A stretch of DNA of 64,000 nucleotides from an uncultured Nitrososphaerota archaeon (GCA_964586135.1 CAZPGS010000001.1:18761-82760); one strand, 5' to 3'. Positions 1-9,841 are shown, counted from the first letter of the stretch. Notes: generated from the sequence alone by a model not told the origin. Numbers and translations: made by a program.

Positions 1-195
1 ATTTCTAAATGAGGCCTTAACTATGCGAATCGGATTTTCATAGTGGCCGTAAGTTTCTTCGACTTCGACTTTCTTTCGCTCTCGGAGTTTGGGGGGCATG
101 AGGCTTTCGACCGCTTTAATCACTTTGTCAAAGTCTTCAGTAACGTGTACGAAGACTGCGTATTCTACGGATACCGGCTTAGCCTCTAGATTCAT
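1..195 (-). CDS. Conserved hypothetical protein, 5' part only; the gene runs off the window start
   Basis: Reverse-strand ORF starting at ATG (complement of 193-195) reads MNLEAKPVSVEYAVFVHVTEDFDKVIKAVESLMPPKLRERKKVEVEETYGHYENPIRIVKASFRN with no stop before position 1. Resembles small archaeal UPF-type RNA-binding proteins, but the family is not certain. Confidence 0.35.
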   Translation of the reverse strand, partial: MNLEAKPVSVEYAVFVHVTEDFDKVIKAVESLMPPKLRERKKVEVEETYGHYENPIRIVKASFRN

Positions 196-212
196 AGCGC
201 GATCAATCCGAC

Positions 213-1004
213 TTAGGGGCTTGCGGGCTTGGCCCTCTCCCATCTTTGATTAAAGGCATCAATAAACACCTTTATCAGGCCCGGGTTTTCGGTGTAGTGT
301 GGCTTGTAGTAAGACAATTTCTTCTCAGTAGTCCAGATGAGGAAGACTAGCTTGCTCTCATCAACTAACGTGCCCCTGACTGGATACCACTCCTCAGCCG
401 CGCACCTGACCTCTGCTCCGTTCTCTGCAAGGTCTCTAGCAACACTCTTTGACCGCTCATCTATAACCCGCATTAAGACCCTCACTACGACTTTACGATG
501 GAGCGCGTCGAGTAATAGCTCCCTTACTTTGGGGTACCACTCAAACGACGCCGTGAATATGGAGATGTCACGTTGCGCCCTTGATATTATTTCAGCAGTC
601 TTGACCTCCATAGACCTTAAGTCGTCGAGGGGCTCTATTAAGAGCTCATCTCTAATGCCGTATCGCCTCTCCCAGTACTTGTCCTCCAAGTCGCTCTTCA
701 TTACATGCAGATGCTTCCTTAGATCTGCCAGCTCGGCTTCTATGGACCTCGTCTTGACCTCGAGAAGTATTTGAGCAGCCTTTGAAGGAGGAATAACATC
801 GTACTTCCCGCGCCCTAACGCCTTCACGAGGCCCTTTTGTAGGAGCGAAGCAATGGCGGTCTTAACATCGCTCACTGATGCATTCAGTGAGGTGCATAGA
901 TCACTTTCACTTGCTTGAGGATTTTCGACCAAGAAGAGATAAGCCTCAGCTTCGAGTTTCGTTAGGCCAGCTTTCTTGAGAGCCTCTATGGCTGTAGATG
1001 TCAT
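213..1004 (-). CDS. TrmB-family transcriptional regulator (N-terminal winged HTH plus C-terminal TrmB-like domain)
   Basis: 263 aa. N-terminus KLEAEAYLFLVENPQASESDLCTSLNASVSDVKTAIASLLQKGLVK is a typical TrmB/MarR-like wHTH. Length and C-terminal domain fit archaeal TrmB-like sugar regulators. Confidence 0.55.
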   Translation of the reverse strand: MTSTAIEALKKAGLTKLEAEAYLFLVENPQASESDLCTSLNASVSDVKTAIASLLQKGLVKALGRGKYDVIPPSKAAQILLEVKTRSIEAELADLRKHLHVMKSDLEDKYWERRYGIRDELLIEPLDDLRSMEVKTAEIISRAQRDISIFTASFEWYPKVRELLLDALHRKVVVRVLMRVIDERSKSVARDLAENGAEVRCAAEEWYPVRGTLVDESKLVFLIWTTEKKLSYYKPHYTENPGLIKVFIDAFNQRWERAKPASP

Positions 1005-1044
1005 GTCAAGGGTCCACCGCGAATTACTACTCGACCTCTCCTTA

Positions 1045-2034
1045 TTAACGCGCTGTAGACGATGTTTCGCGAAGCACCCTGTACACCTCTTCAGCTATTA
1101 TCAATGCAGCCGTCACCTGAGCTTCCCACGTCTGAGAAGCTATGTGAGGCGTCACGACTACGTTTGGTAGCCTTATGAGCTCCCATTCTTCTTCGGTTTT
1201 TGGAGGCTCATTCTCGAAGACGTCTAATGCTGCCCCTGCCAGTTTGCCCTTCTTCAACGCCTTCAAGAGGGCCTTTGTATCTATTATCCCCCCTCTTGAG
1301 GTGTTTACTATCATAGCACCTCTCTTCATGAGGGATATCTCTCTCATGCCTATCATGTGTCGCGTGCTCTCATTCAAAGGTACGTGGAGCGTTATTATGT
1401 CGCTCTCTCTCAAAAGCTCTTCGAGCGTTGCAGCAACCTTAACGCCCATGCTCTCGGCCTCCTCCCTTATGTCCCTTATGTCGTAGGCCATCGCCTTCAT
1501 GTCAAAGGCCAAGGCCCTCTTAGCAACAGCCTTGCCTATTCTACCGAAGCCTATTATGCCTAAGACCTTCCCCCTTAACTCGAGGCCCATGAACTTGCTC
1601 TTCAGCCACAGCCCTTCTTTTAGTGTCTTGTTGGCTTCAGGTATCATCCTAGCTAGCGCCAGAATAAGGGCCATCGTCGTCTCGGCTACCGCGACCGTCG
1701 ATGCTTGAGGTGATGCTATAACCCTTATCCCCTTCTCAGAGGCGGCCTCGAGGTCGACGTTGTCGAGTCCTACGCCAGCCCTCCCTATGACCTTTAGGCT
1801 CTGCGCCTCCATTATCACGTCCCTCGTGAACCTCGTCCTTCCTCTAATTATGATGGCATCGTACTCCTTAACTGCTCTAATCAGCTCGTTCCTCGTCAGC
1901 GAGGACTTAACAGTAACGTGGCAGCCCTTGGATCTGAGGACTTCCGCGCATGATTCATGGACGTCGTCGGTGATAAGCACTTTAAACTCTGCCACGAGTC
2001 CACCACCGTATTGCCGGAACGTCTTATACCTCAA
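1045..2034 (-). CDS. D-isomer-specific 2-hydroxyacid dehydrogenase (D-3-phosphoglycerate dehydrogenase / glyoxylate reductase-like)
   Basis: NAD-binding GIIGFGRIGKAVAKRA motif. Catalytic region ...NTSRGGIID... ALDVFENEP... VTPHIAS is typical of SerA/GyaR-family enzymes. The first Met probably lies upstream of the true start (LVAEFKVLITDD). Confidence 0.75.
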   Translation of the reverse strand: MRYKTFRQYGGGLVAEFKVLITDDVHESCAEVLRSKGCHVTVKSSLTRNELIRAVKEYDAIIIRGRTRFTRDVIMEAQSLKVIGRAGVGLDNVDLEAASEKGIRVIASPQASTVAVAETTMALILALARMIPEANKTLKEGLWLKSKFMGLELRGKVLGIIGFGRIGKAVAKRALAFDMKAMAYDIRDIREEAESMGVKVAATLEELLRESDIITLHVPLNESTRHMIGMREISLMKRGAMIVNTSRGGIIDTKALLKALKKGKLAGAALDVFENEPPKTEEEWELIRLPNVVVTPHIASQTWEAQVTAALIIAEEVYRVLRETSSTAR

Positions 2035-2117
2035 GGCTTTTATAGCTTATCGCCTTAAGTTCATGAAGCCTCGGCAAGAAATATACCTTCGGTGATATCA
2101 CTATATAGTGAGCTACG

Positions 2118-3338
2118 ATGCCAGAGGTGGCATTGATCGGGAAGACGAACGTTGGCAAGAGCACGCTCTTTAGCGCTTTAACCATGTTGCCTGTCAAGAT
2201 AGAGCCTAGGCCCTTCACAACCATAAAGCCCAACGTAGGAATCGCGTACCTGAAGGTCAGGTGCGTGTGCAAGGAGTTCGGCGTTAAGGACAACCCCCGG
2301 AATTCTGTATGTCGAGATGGCATAAGGTACATCCCCGTAAAGGTGATAGACCTCGCCGGGCTCATACCCGGAGCGCACGAGGGCAAGGGTCTTGGAAATA
2401 AATTTCTGGATGAAATGCGAGGGGCCGACGGGATAATACACGTAGTCGACGCCTCGGGCTCTACGGATGCCGAGGGAAGGCCCTGTCCTCCGGGCTCCCA
2501 CGACCCGCTCTTGGACGTCCAGATGATAGAGAACGAGGTCCATTTATGGATCTTGGGGATGCTGAAGCATGACTGGGCCAAGTTGTCGAGGTCCGTAGAG
2601 CACGGCAGGTTAAAGGCAGAGGAGGTCTTGGCCTCGAGGCTAAGCGGCCTGAAGATCTCCTTGAAACACGTGAGAGAGGTACTTGAGGGGCTCGACCTAA
2701 AGGAGAAGAGGCTCGGGGCGTGGAGCGAGGATGACCTGATTGCGTTCGTCAAGCACCTCTTTGAGAAGGCCAAGCCGTTCGTCATAGCCGCCAACAAGTG
2801 TGACATTCCTGAGAGCGTCGAGAACGTTAAGAGGCTCAAGAAGGCCTATGGCGATGAAGTTGTGGTTCCTTGTAGCGCCGAGGCGGAATTGGCCCTCCGA
2901 AGAGCAGCTGAAAGAGGGCTTGTCGAGTACACGCCCGGCGACAGCACCTTCAAGATAGTCGATCGCGAGAAGCTGACCTCAGAGCAGTTGAGAGCTTTGG
3001 AGGTCATAAAACGGCGAGTTTTAGACGTTTGGGGGTCTACAGGGGTCCAAGAAGTTTTAAACACGATGTACTTCAAGAGGCTAGACGTGATCCCCGTCTA
3101 CCCAGTCGCCGACCCCGACGACTTAACCGACACGGAGGGCAACGTGCTCCCAGATGTATACTTAGTCCCGCGCGGAACGACTGCTCGAGAACTGGCGTAC
3201 ATGATCCACACGGAGCTAGGCGAGAGCTTCATATACGCCCTTGATGCCAGGAAGAAGACCAAGCTTGGAGAGGATAGCATTTTAAAAGAGAACGACGTAA
3301 TATCAATTGTAGCCGCTAAGAGGCTGAAGAGGAAGTAG
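2118..3338 (+). CDS. Obg/YchF-like GTPase with C-terminal TGS domain
   Basis: G1 motif ALIGKTNVGKSTLFSALT and G3 DLAGL. C-terminal TGS-like ...DVISIVAAKR. 406 aa fits archaeal OLA1/YchF-related GTPases. Confidence 0.7.
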   Translation: MPEVALIGKTNVGKSTLFSALTMLPVKIEPRPFTTIKPNVGIAYLKVRCVCKEFGVKDNPRNSVCRDGIRYIPVKVIDLAGLIPGAHEGKGLGNKFLDEMRGADGIIHVVDASGSTDAEGRPCPPGSHDPLLDVQMIENEVHLWILGMLKHDWAKLSRSVEHGRLKAEEVLASRLSGLKISLKHVREVLEGLDLKEKRLGAWSEDDLIAFVKHLFEKAKPFVIAANKCDIPESVENVKRLKKAYGDEVVVPCSAEAELALRRAAERGLVEYTPGDSTFKIVDREKLTSEQLRALEVIKRRVLDVWGSTGVQEVLNTMYFKRLDVIPVYPVADPDDLTDTEGNVLPDVYLVPRGTTARELAYMIHTELGESFIYALDARKKTKLGEDSILKENDVISIVAAKRLKRK

Positions 3339-3339
3339 C

Positions 3340-3687
3340 ATGATAGAGATGGACATCGAAGAACTAAGGAGGAAGTACCCCAACCTCGCCAGAGAATTGG
3401 AGGAGAGGATCATGTGCGTTGAGGTCAGAGGCTCTAGAAAGAGCGACGAAGAATTTCAAGTCGGCATGCCTGACGCCGTTGATTACATAAGGCGTTGCAA
3501 GAGCGTTCAAGAGGCCGAGGAGGTCATAAATTTCTTAGAGAGGACCAACCAGATCTCGAGGACCAAGGCTGATGAGCTAAGGGAGCAGCTCTATAGTCAA
3601 GGGCTTGAGAGCTTCGGCCCTCGCAAGGAATTTGGCTATTATACGAAGAGGTATTACGCGAAGAGGATGAATGCCGAACCGGATTAA
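3340..3687 (+). CDS. Conserved small hypothetical protein, translationally coupled to the upstream GTPase
   Basis: The ATG overlaps the GTPase stop (TAGCATG). 115 aa, charged, no recognisable family motif. Confidence 0.4.
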   Translation: MIEMDIEELRRKYPNLARELEERIMCVEVRGSRKSDEEFQVGMPDAVDYIRRCKSVQEAEEVINFLERTNQISRTKADELREQLYSQGLESFGPRKEFGYYTKRYYAKRMNAEPD

Positions 3688-3724
3688 CGCTTAAAATCTT
3701 CCTCGGAGTTTAGAGTGTTAGGCT

Positions 3725-6142
3725 TTGGGTGAGAGCATGGAGGAGAAGGCAAAGACGTATGTACTATGGTTCGATGAGATAGACAAGGACGACCTAGCGC
3801 TCGTTGGTGGCAAGAGCGCTAATTTAGGAGAGATGACGAAGGCAGGGATATCAGTGCCACCTGGCTTTGCTGTAACTTCGTACGCATACAAAGAGTTCAT
3901 AGAGAGGACGGGCCTTAAGAGCAAGATAAGCGAGGCGTTGAAGGAGGTCGCGAACAGCAAGGATCCCAAGGCATTTGAAGACGTGAGCACGAAAATTAGG
4001 AGAATCATAGAGGAAGAGGAAATCCCAGAAGACATAGCGAGAGCCATCGTTGAAAACTACAGAAAGCTTTGTGAGAGAGTAGGAAGGGCGAACGCCCCCG
4101 TCGCCGTTAGAAGCTCTGCCACAGCCGAAGACTTGCCCGGGGCCAGCTTCGCTGGTCAGCAAGAAACTTTTCTGAATGTCGAGGGCGAGGAAGAGGTCTT
4201 GCTCAAAGTCAAAAAGTGCTGGTCGTCGCTCTTCACGCCACGGGCCATATTCTATCGCCAGGAGAAGGAGATAGACCACGATAAGGTGCTCATGAGCGTA
4301 GTCGTGCAGAAAATGGTCAACGCAAAGGCAGCAGGCGTGATGTTCACCATCCACCCAGTTACGGGAGAGGAGGACAAGATAGTGATAGAGGGAGGCTGGG
4401 GCCTAGGAGAGGCAGTCGTCAGCGGCTCCATAACTCCGGACACTTACGTCGTCGACAAAAGGACCCTCAAGATATTGGAGAAGAAAATAGCTGTGAAAAC
4501 TTACGAAGTCGTCAGAGACCCCTCTTCAGGACGGACCATAAAGGTCGAGGTTCCTCCCGAGAGGAGGAGTGCGCCCTGCCTGACCGATGAAGAAGTCGTA
4601 AAGCTGGCAGAGTTGGCCCTCAAGATAGAGCAACACTACAAGCACCCCCAAGACATTGAGTGGGCCATAGATAGGGACATGAAGTTCCCTGAGAACATAT
4701 TCATAGTTCAGTCTAGGCCCGAGACCGTGTGGTCATTGAGGAAGGAGGGGACAAGAGTGCGGCCCAGCGTCGAAGTCAGAGAAAGGAAGGTCGTAGCTAA
4801 GGGTCTGCCAGCTAGCCCAGGCGTGTGGACTGGCAAAGCCAAGGTGGCCAAGGGCCTCGAAGAGGCCTCGAAAATGATAAAGAAGGGCGACATACTGGTA
4901 ACCACAATGACCAACCCCGACTGGGTCCCGTACATGAGGCTTGCAGGTGCCATAGTGACCGATGAAGGCGGCATGACGTGCCATGCTGCTATAGTTAGCA
5001 GGGAGCTAGGGATCCCAGCTATAGTCGGTACGGGCAACGCAACCAAGGTCATGAAGAGCGAAGAGGAGTACACAGTTGACGCTACAACTGGCGTGGTCTA
5101 CGAGGGCATCGTTGGAGAACTGACAAAGAGGGAGGTCGAGGAAGTCACTAAGCAACAAATGATGCCAGTTACGGAACACTTCATACCCACGGGGACTAAG
5201 ATCTACATGAATTTAGGGGTTCCTGAGAAGATAGCAGAGTACGTCAACTTACCATTTGACGGGATAGGGTTGATGCGCATCGAGTTCATATTGTCGTCCT
5301 ACATAGGAGAACACCCGCTCTACTTACTGGAGATAGGTGAAGAGGATAAGTTCGTGGACAAACTTGCTGAGGGCATAGCGATGGTGGCTAGGCAGGTTCA
5401 GCCAAGGCCGGTCGTCGTCAGGCTTAGCGACCTCAAGTCGAACGAGTACAGAAAGCTGAAGGGCGGCGAGAAATATGAGCCCGAGGAACGCAATCCGATG
5501 CTCGGCTATCGTGGGGTCTCTCGCTACATAAGCCCGCAGTACGAGAAGGCGTTCAGGTTGGAGTGTAAGGCAATCAAGAAGGTCAGGGATGAGTGGGGCC
5601 TCAAGAACGTGTGGGTGATGCTACCATTCGTGAGAACTACTTGGGAAGCGGAGAGGGTCTTGCAGATCATGAAGGAGGAGGGGCTTGAGAGGGGAAGGGA
5701 CTTCAAATTATGGGCGATGGCAGAGGTCCCAAGCGTTATATTCATGGCCGACGAGTTCTGCAAGTACGTTGATGGCTTTAGCATAGGCAGTAACGATTTG
5801 ACTCAACTGGTACTCGGCGTTGACCGCGACTCGGAAATCATGTCGAAGCTAGACGCACGCTACTTCGACGAAAGAGAGCCAGCAGTGTTGAGAGCCATAG
5901 CTCACTTAATTAGGGTCGCGCACAAGCATGGAGTAACCGTAAGCATATGCGGTCAAGGGCCTTCGTACTTGGAGGACTTCGTGGAGTGGCTAGTGCGCCA
6001 AGGCGTAGATAGCATATCGGTTAACCCTGATGCGGTCGTCAGGGTGCGCCGCCTCGTCGCGCAGATTGAAAGGAGGATCATCCTTGAAAGAATGCTCAAA
6101 GGAGTAAAGAGGAGCACGAGAGGAACTCCTTCGCTCAGGTAA
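3725..6142 (+). CDS. ppsA: Phosphoenolpyruvate synthase (PEP synthase, pyruvate,water dikinase)
   Basis: 805 aa. N-terminal ATP-grasp GGKSANLGEM; phosphohistidine domain GGMTCHAAIVSRELGIPAIVGT; C-terminal PEP-utilising TIM barrel with ...CGQGPS.... Confidence 0.85.
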   Translation: MGESMEEKAKTYVLWFDEIDKDDLALVGGKSANLGEMTKAGISVPPGFAVTSYAYKEFIERTGLKSKISEALKEVANSKDPKAFEDVSTKIRRIIEEEEIPEDIARAIVENYRKLCERVGRANAPVAVRSSATAEDLPGASFAGQQETFLNVEGEEEVLLKVKKCWSSLFTPRAIFYRQEKEIDHDKVLMSVVVQKMVNAKAAGVMFTIHPVTGEEDKIVIEGGWGLGEAVVSGSITPDTYVVDKRTLKILEKKIAVKTYEVVRDPSSGRTIKVEVPPERRSAPCLTDEEVVKLAELALKIEQHYKHPQDIEWAIDRDMKFPENIFIVQSRPETVWSLRKEGTRVRPSVEVRERKVVAKGLPASPGVWTGKAKVAKGLEEASKMIKKGDILVTTMTNPDWVPYMRLAGAIVTDEGGMTCHAAIVSRELGIPAIVGTGNATKVMKSEEEYTVDATTGVVYEGIVGELTKREVEEVTKQQMMPVTEHFIPTGTKIYMNLGVPEKIAEYVNLPFDGIGLMRIEFILSSYIGEHPLYLLEIGEEDKFVDKLAEGIAMVARQVQPRPVVVRLSDLKSNEYRKLKGGEKYEPEERNPMLGYRGVSRYISPQYEKAFRLECKAIKKVRDEWGLKNVWVMLPFVRTTWEAERVLQIMKEEGLERGRDFKLWAMAEVPSVIFMADEFCKYVDGFSIGSNDLTQLVLGVDRDSEIMSKLDARYFDEREPAVLRAIAHLIRVAHKHGVTVSICGQGPSYLEDFVEWLVRQGVDSISVNPDAVVRVRRLVAQIERRIILERMLKGVKRSTRGTPSLR

Positions 6143-6231
6143 GGGGTTAAGTCCTTAGCCCTGAGCCACCTGTTTGAGCGATCATTAAAGGGGCATCTTA
6201 AGGCCTCAACGTCGTTTTAACGCAAGGTCCT

Positions 6232-6252
6232 CGTGAAAAGACGTTTTTCACG
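6232..6252 (+). terminator. Perfect 8-bp hairpin (CGTGAAAA-gacgt-TTTTCACG) with an embedded T5 run, ~90 nt downstream of ppsA
   Basis: Inverted repeat read directly. Archaeal terminators are usually oligo-T tracts, so a terminator role is an assumption. Confidence 0.2.
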
Positions 6253-6363
6253 CACAACATTTATTAGAACTCAGCTTAGTAGAGCGTCTTAAGGTGGTCC
6301 AAGACGTCCTCTAGAAAGAAGAAGACCGAGGGGCTTAACATACCGGATCACAAGCATTGTATA

Positions 6364-6534
6364 ATGTGCGGAGGGGTCGTGCCAGCTAGCAGAAACCCGC
6401 CTGTTTGTGAGGGGTTGTGTGAAGAAGAGCTCATTAAGAGGGAGAAGAGGTCTAGGATGTTCAGCTTGATGATATTTATGATAGTTGGACTGATGGCACT
6501 GATGATTGTGGCCTCCTTCTTAGTATCCCGATAG
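6364..6534 (+). CDS. Small predicted membrane-anchored zinc-ribbon protein (56 aa), below the ORF-track size cutoff
   Basis: Translation MCGGVVPASRNPPVCEGLCEEELIKREKRSRMFSLMIFMIVGLMALMIVASFLVSR has a Cys cluster (C-x..-C-x3-C) followed by one strongly hydrophobic helix. No other ORF covers this 400-nt gap between ppsA and L10e. Confidence 0.25.
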   Translation: MCGGVVPASRNPPVCEGLCEEELIKREKRSRMFSLMIFMIVGLMALMIVASFLVSR

Positions 6535-6551
6535 TATCCCGATAGGCTTCA

Positions 6552-7067
6552 CTAACTTTTAGTGACGTCCTTTGTGATTATTATCTCACAGGGCATGGGG
6601 AGCTTTGAGGCTGCTCTTCTTGCAGCTTCTTTCGCTACATCCTCTTTATCTACTGGAACCTTTATGGTGAGGACAACATCCCCGGTCTTCACTCTAGCTG
6701 CCGTTCCTATAGGGTCGCCGAAGGCGAGGCGCATCCCATCCTGGAGCCTGTCGGCTCCTGCGAAGGCCATCATCTTGTTCTCTCTAAGGATGTGATGAGG
6801 ATACGGGTGAATTTTGAGGAAATAATTATTCTCGCCGAGCCTCGAAGATAGGTATTTGCTACACGCAACCCTCATGGCCTCTAAGGCGTTCTGCCTTATC
6901 TGTGCTGGCTCTTTAGCCACCAATTGGACCGTTAAGAGGAAGTCGGCTTTTGCGTTCCCCATTGTGAACTTGACGATTTTAGGTGGTGGGACCCCATGCA
7001 CATATTCCTTCCTCGTGTAGGCTGGTCCCTTAACGAGTCTGTAGCAACGGGCCGGCCTCAAGGGCAT
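6552..7067 (-). CDS. rpl10e: 50S ribosomal protein L10e (uL16)
   Basis: MPLRPARCYRLVKGPAYTRKEYVHGVPPPKI... is the L10e signature N-terminus. 171 aa. Confidence 0.9.
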   Translation of the reverse strand: MPLRPARCYRLVKGPAYTRKEYVHGVPPPKIVKFTMGNAKADFLLTVQLVAKEPAQIRQNALEAMRVACSKYLSSRLGENNYFLKIHPYPHHILRENKMMAFAGADRLQDGMRLAFGDPIGTAARVKTGDVVLTIKVPVDKEDVAKEAARRAASKLPMPCEIIITKDVTKS

Positions 7068-7103
7068 ACGCTGTGCACCCCCTTTTAAAGGGCTGGGATC
7101 TTT

Positions 7104-7814
7104 TTAGCTTTTCCCCGCGACGAGGGAGCCGAGCCTCGTGTGCACTTTATTCAGGAAGGCCAGCAGGACGTGCATCTCCTTTTGAGAGATGAAGGCCTTG
7201 CCCAAAATCCTCTTGAAGACTAGCTTGGCCTTCGGCTCCTTTTCCTTTGGGAAGTCTACAAGCTCCAATATGGCAGAGAAGTACTTGAGTGCGACCTCTC
7301 TCAACTTAGCATTTGCCAGCTTCGCCTTGGGCCTTATGTGGGCTTTGGAGAGCTCGTAAAGTATCACAGCCATGGCGTGAGTGACGTTCATTACGGGGTA
7401 TTCCTCGCTCGTGGGTATGTTAACGAGGACGTCGCACATCGAGAGCTCTTGATTTGTTAATCCTATGTCCTCGCGGCCAAAGATCAACGCTACTCCACCC
7501 TTGCATTTAATCAACCCATGTAAGTGCCGAGGAGGGACAGCGCTCCTCAAGACGTTTCGAGGACCAGCCAGCTTGCCAGTTGTGCCTATCTTCAAGTCGA
7601 AGTCTCTTATGGCGTCTTCTAGGCTATCAACTACAATAGCAGACTCAAGGACGTCACAGGCCTTCGCAGCAAATATCCTCGAGGCCTCGGTGATGGAGGT
7701 CCTAGGTCTCACGAGGCACAGTTCCTTAAAGCCGAAGTTCTTCATGACCCTGCAGGCGAAGCCTATGTTGATCTCGTACAGCGGCTCTACGAGAACTACC
7801 CTGAAGCGAGGCAC
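7104..7814 (-). CDS. SPOUT-class (SpoU/TrmH/TrmJ-like) RNA 2'-O-methyltransferase
   Basis: N-terminus RVVLVEPLYEINIGFACRVMKNFG and ...GLIFGREDIGL...VNIP... trefoil-knot motifs of SpoU-family methyltransferases. 236 aa fits archaeal TrmJ-like enzymes. Confidence 0.6.
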   Translation of the reverse strand: MPRFRVVLVEPLYEINIGFACRVMKNFGFKELCLVRPRTSITEASRIFAAKACDVLESAIVVDSLEDAIRDFDLKIGTTGKLAGPRNVLRSAVPPRHLHGLIKCKGGVALIFGREDIGLTNQELSMCDVLVNIPTSEEYPVMNVTHAMAVILYELSKAHIRPKAKLANAKLREVALKYFSAILELVDFPKEKEPKAKLVFKRILGKAFISQKEMHVLLAFLNKVHTRLGSLVAGKS

Positions 7815-8401
7815 TTTTTCACCTCTATGAGGAAAAGTTCCTCAAACCACAGTCTCTTCTTAGCCAATATTATTGGGTTAAGACTAGCCACTTTAAGCTT
7901 AGAGATTATCTTCGCGAAGTCCGAGAGAGACGAGATAACGAAGTACAGCTTGCCGTTTTTATTCAACAACCTATCTAAGTCGTCGATTACTCTACTAATT
8001 AAAGAAGTACCATTGGGGCCGCCGTCCCACAACGGTTCGTCTATGCACGGATGCCCGGTCGAGGGTAAGTAGGGAGGGTTCATCATTATGACGTCGAAGT
8101 CGCACTTGTCTCTCAGGGCCGTCGTCGCGTCGCAACACAAGAAGCACGTCGAGTAGTCGACGTTGTTTATCTTGGCGTTGAACTTTGCGTTACAAATGGC
8201 TTTTCTGCTCACGTCTATGCCTACCACATAACAACCTCTCAGCGCGCACTTTATTGCCAAAATTCCCGTCCCGGTCCCTATGTCGAGCACGTACTCCCCG
8301 CCGCTCAAGTTCAAGTTATCTAACAACATGAACGTGTCATCAGAGGGGGGATAGACGTCTTTCCATACATATATGACCATGTTGTCAAAGACGAGCTTCA
8401 A
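7796..8401 (-). CDS. HemK/PrmC-like N5-glutamine (release factor) methyltransferase
   Basis: SAM motif VLDIGTGTGILAI and the NPPY catalytic motif (MMNPPYLPS). 201 aa. Confidence 0.6.
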   Translation of the reverse strand: MKLVFDNMVIYVWKDVYPPSDDTFMLLDNLNLSGGEYVLDIGTGTGILAIKCALRGCYVVGIDVSRKAICNAKFNAKINNVDYSTCFLCCDATTALRDKCDFDVIMMNPPYLPSTGHPCIDEPLWDGGPNGTSLISRVIDDLDRLLNKNGKLYFVISSLSDFAKIISKLKVASLNPIILAKKRLWFEELFLIEVKKCLASG

Positions 8402-8411
8402 ATATGCTCCC

Positions 8412-9248
8412 TCAGTGTATCAAGTAGTCCTTTAAGGCGTTTGATATATAAGCAAAATCTGATGGATTCAAGTCCCTGACCCTCTTGTTCATGTACTTCT
8501 GCAACCTTGCATCGGAGTACGCCTTTTCACTTAATTTTAGCGGTGAGAGCCTCGACACGACGATCCCCAGAGCCCTTCTCAACAATTTATTGCGCTGAGT
8601 GAAGAGCCACTTGACAACTTCTAAGTGCAAGTCTAGGTCTGCAACCTCATAGGGAGGCGGGCGTCTTTCAAGCGCAACCACAGCCGAGTCCACTTCGGGT
8701 TCGGGATAGAAATTCCTCTTCTTAATTAACATGAGGAGGCGAGAGGAGAAAAAGGCATCAAGAGAAACCGTCAGCCTTCCATAATCCTTTGCGCCGGGCT
8801 TCGAAGTTATGCGAAGAGCTAGCTCCTTCTGCAACGTCAGAACGGCTCTCTTGAAGGAGCACTCTCGTGCCAATTTGAAAAGCAAGGGCGTGGCGATACT
8901 GTAGGGGACGTTAGATGCCACGACATCGACTGAGGGGGGTGTGACCTCTAAGAAATCAGCTTCTATCAAAACGATATTATTGTAGTTCTTCAGAACTTCT
9001 TCTCGAAGGACCTTGCAGAGTAAGGGGTCGACCTCAATCGCGTAGACGAGGCTTGCCTTAGAGGCCAGTAGCTCGGTTAATGCCCCCAGACCCGCTCCTA
9101 TCTCTAAAACTACGAGCCCGTCCACCTGTGAAAGCTCCACTATTCGCTGTGCAATCCTTTTGCTCACTAAAAACGACTGGCCTAGCTCCTTCTTCGGCAC
9201 TATGGAGTACTTCTTGATGAGAGCCAAGGTGCGTTCTCGCAAATTCAT
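8412..9248 (-). CDS. rsmA: 16S rRNA (adenine1518/1519-N6)-dimethyltransferase KsgA/Dim1
   Basis: GQSFL motif (KsgA GQNFL), SAM pocket LEIGAGLGALT, 278 aa. Lies in the conserved KsgA–DUF655–RpoF–L21e neighbourhood. Confidence 0.85.
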   Translation of the reverse strand: MNLRERTLALIKKYSIVPKKELGQSFLVSKRIAQRIVELSQVDGLVVLEIGAGLGALTELLASKASLVYAIEVDPLLCKVLREEVLKNYNNIVLIEADFLEVTPPSVDVVASNVPYSIATPLLFKLARECSFKRAVLTLQKELALRITSKPGAKDYGRLTVSLDAFFSSRLLMLIKKRNFYPEPEVDSAVVALERRPPPYEVADLDLHLEVVKWLFTQRNKLLRRALGIVVSRLSPLKLSEKAYSDARLQKYMNKRVRDLNPSDFAYISNALKDYLIH

Positions 9249-9841
9249 GGTCCTATGGCCTTTTCTTTAGGGACAGGTGGTACAGTAAATAAATAGTACC
9301 TCTCGTTGCCCTTTAACTCTGTTAAGATCCTCTCAATTATGATACCAACTATGTTGTTGACCCCTGTTCTCTTCTCAAAATCTTCGTAACTGACGAAGGG
9401 GGCCTTCTCCCTCTCCTTTATTATCACCCACATAGTTTTCTTCCCTATCCTAGGCAAGAGCTCGAGGGAGTGCATCTTGGTGGTAAGAGGTGGGGCGCTG
9501 TTCAAAAACTGTACAAACCTGTTCTCGTGCTCCCTCACTATCCTCTCTATCAGTCGAGGCAATTCGTCTTTAGCAAAAGTCGTCAACTCTTCAAAGCTCA
9601 ACCTCCTCGTTATCCTATCTATTTTTTCTCTAAAGCCCTTTCCTATGAAGATCCTCTCTCCGGGGGTTAGGGAGACGTTAGGCTTCGGTACCAATTCCAG
9701 CAGCATGAAGAAGTCTTCGCCAATGGCTTGCGCTATCGGCTTGCCCATGAAATGAGGGCGAGTCTCCCTCATGTATCCTCGAGGAAGGAAATCCAGCGCA
9801 TATGCATATTCTTCAAATTTCTTCTTATCTTTAGCCCACAA
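9245..9841 (-). CDS. DUF655-family protein (predicted nucleotide/RNA-binding, conserved partner of KsgA in archaea)
   Basis: YALDFLPRGY N-terminal motif and size typical of DUF655. Its 4-nt overlap with ksgA matches the known archaeal operon. Confidence 0.6.
   Translation of the reverse strand: MWAKDKKKFEEYAYALDFLPRGYMRETRPHFMGKPIAQAIGEDFFMLLELVPKPNVSLTPGERIFIGKGFREKIDRITRRLSFEELTTFAKDELPRLIERIVREHENRFVQFLNSAPPLTTKMHSLELLPRIGKKTMWVIIKEREKAPFVSYEDFEKRTGVNNIVGIIIERILTELKGNERYYLFTVPPVPKEKAIGP

Noticed and set aside
2024-2839. 271-aa ORF on the minus strand overlapping the GTPase gene (and similar antisense ORFs at 337..774, 3851..4354, 12199..12657, 30841..31314, 57576..57920, 58149..59416)
   Set aside because: They lie antisense to strongly supported conserved genes and have low-complexity S/L/P/A-rich translations typical of shadow ORFs in GC-moderate DNA.
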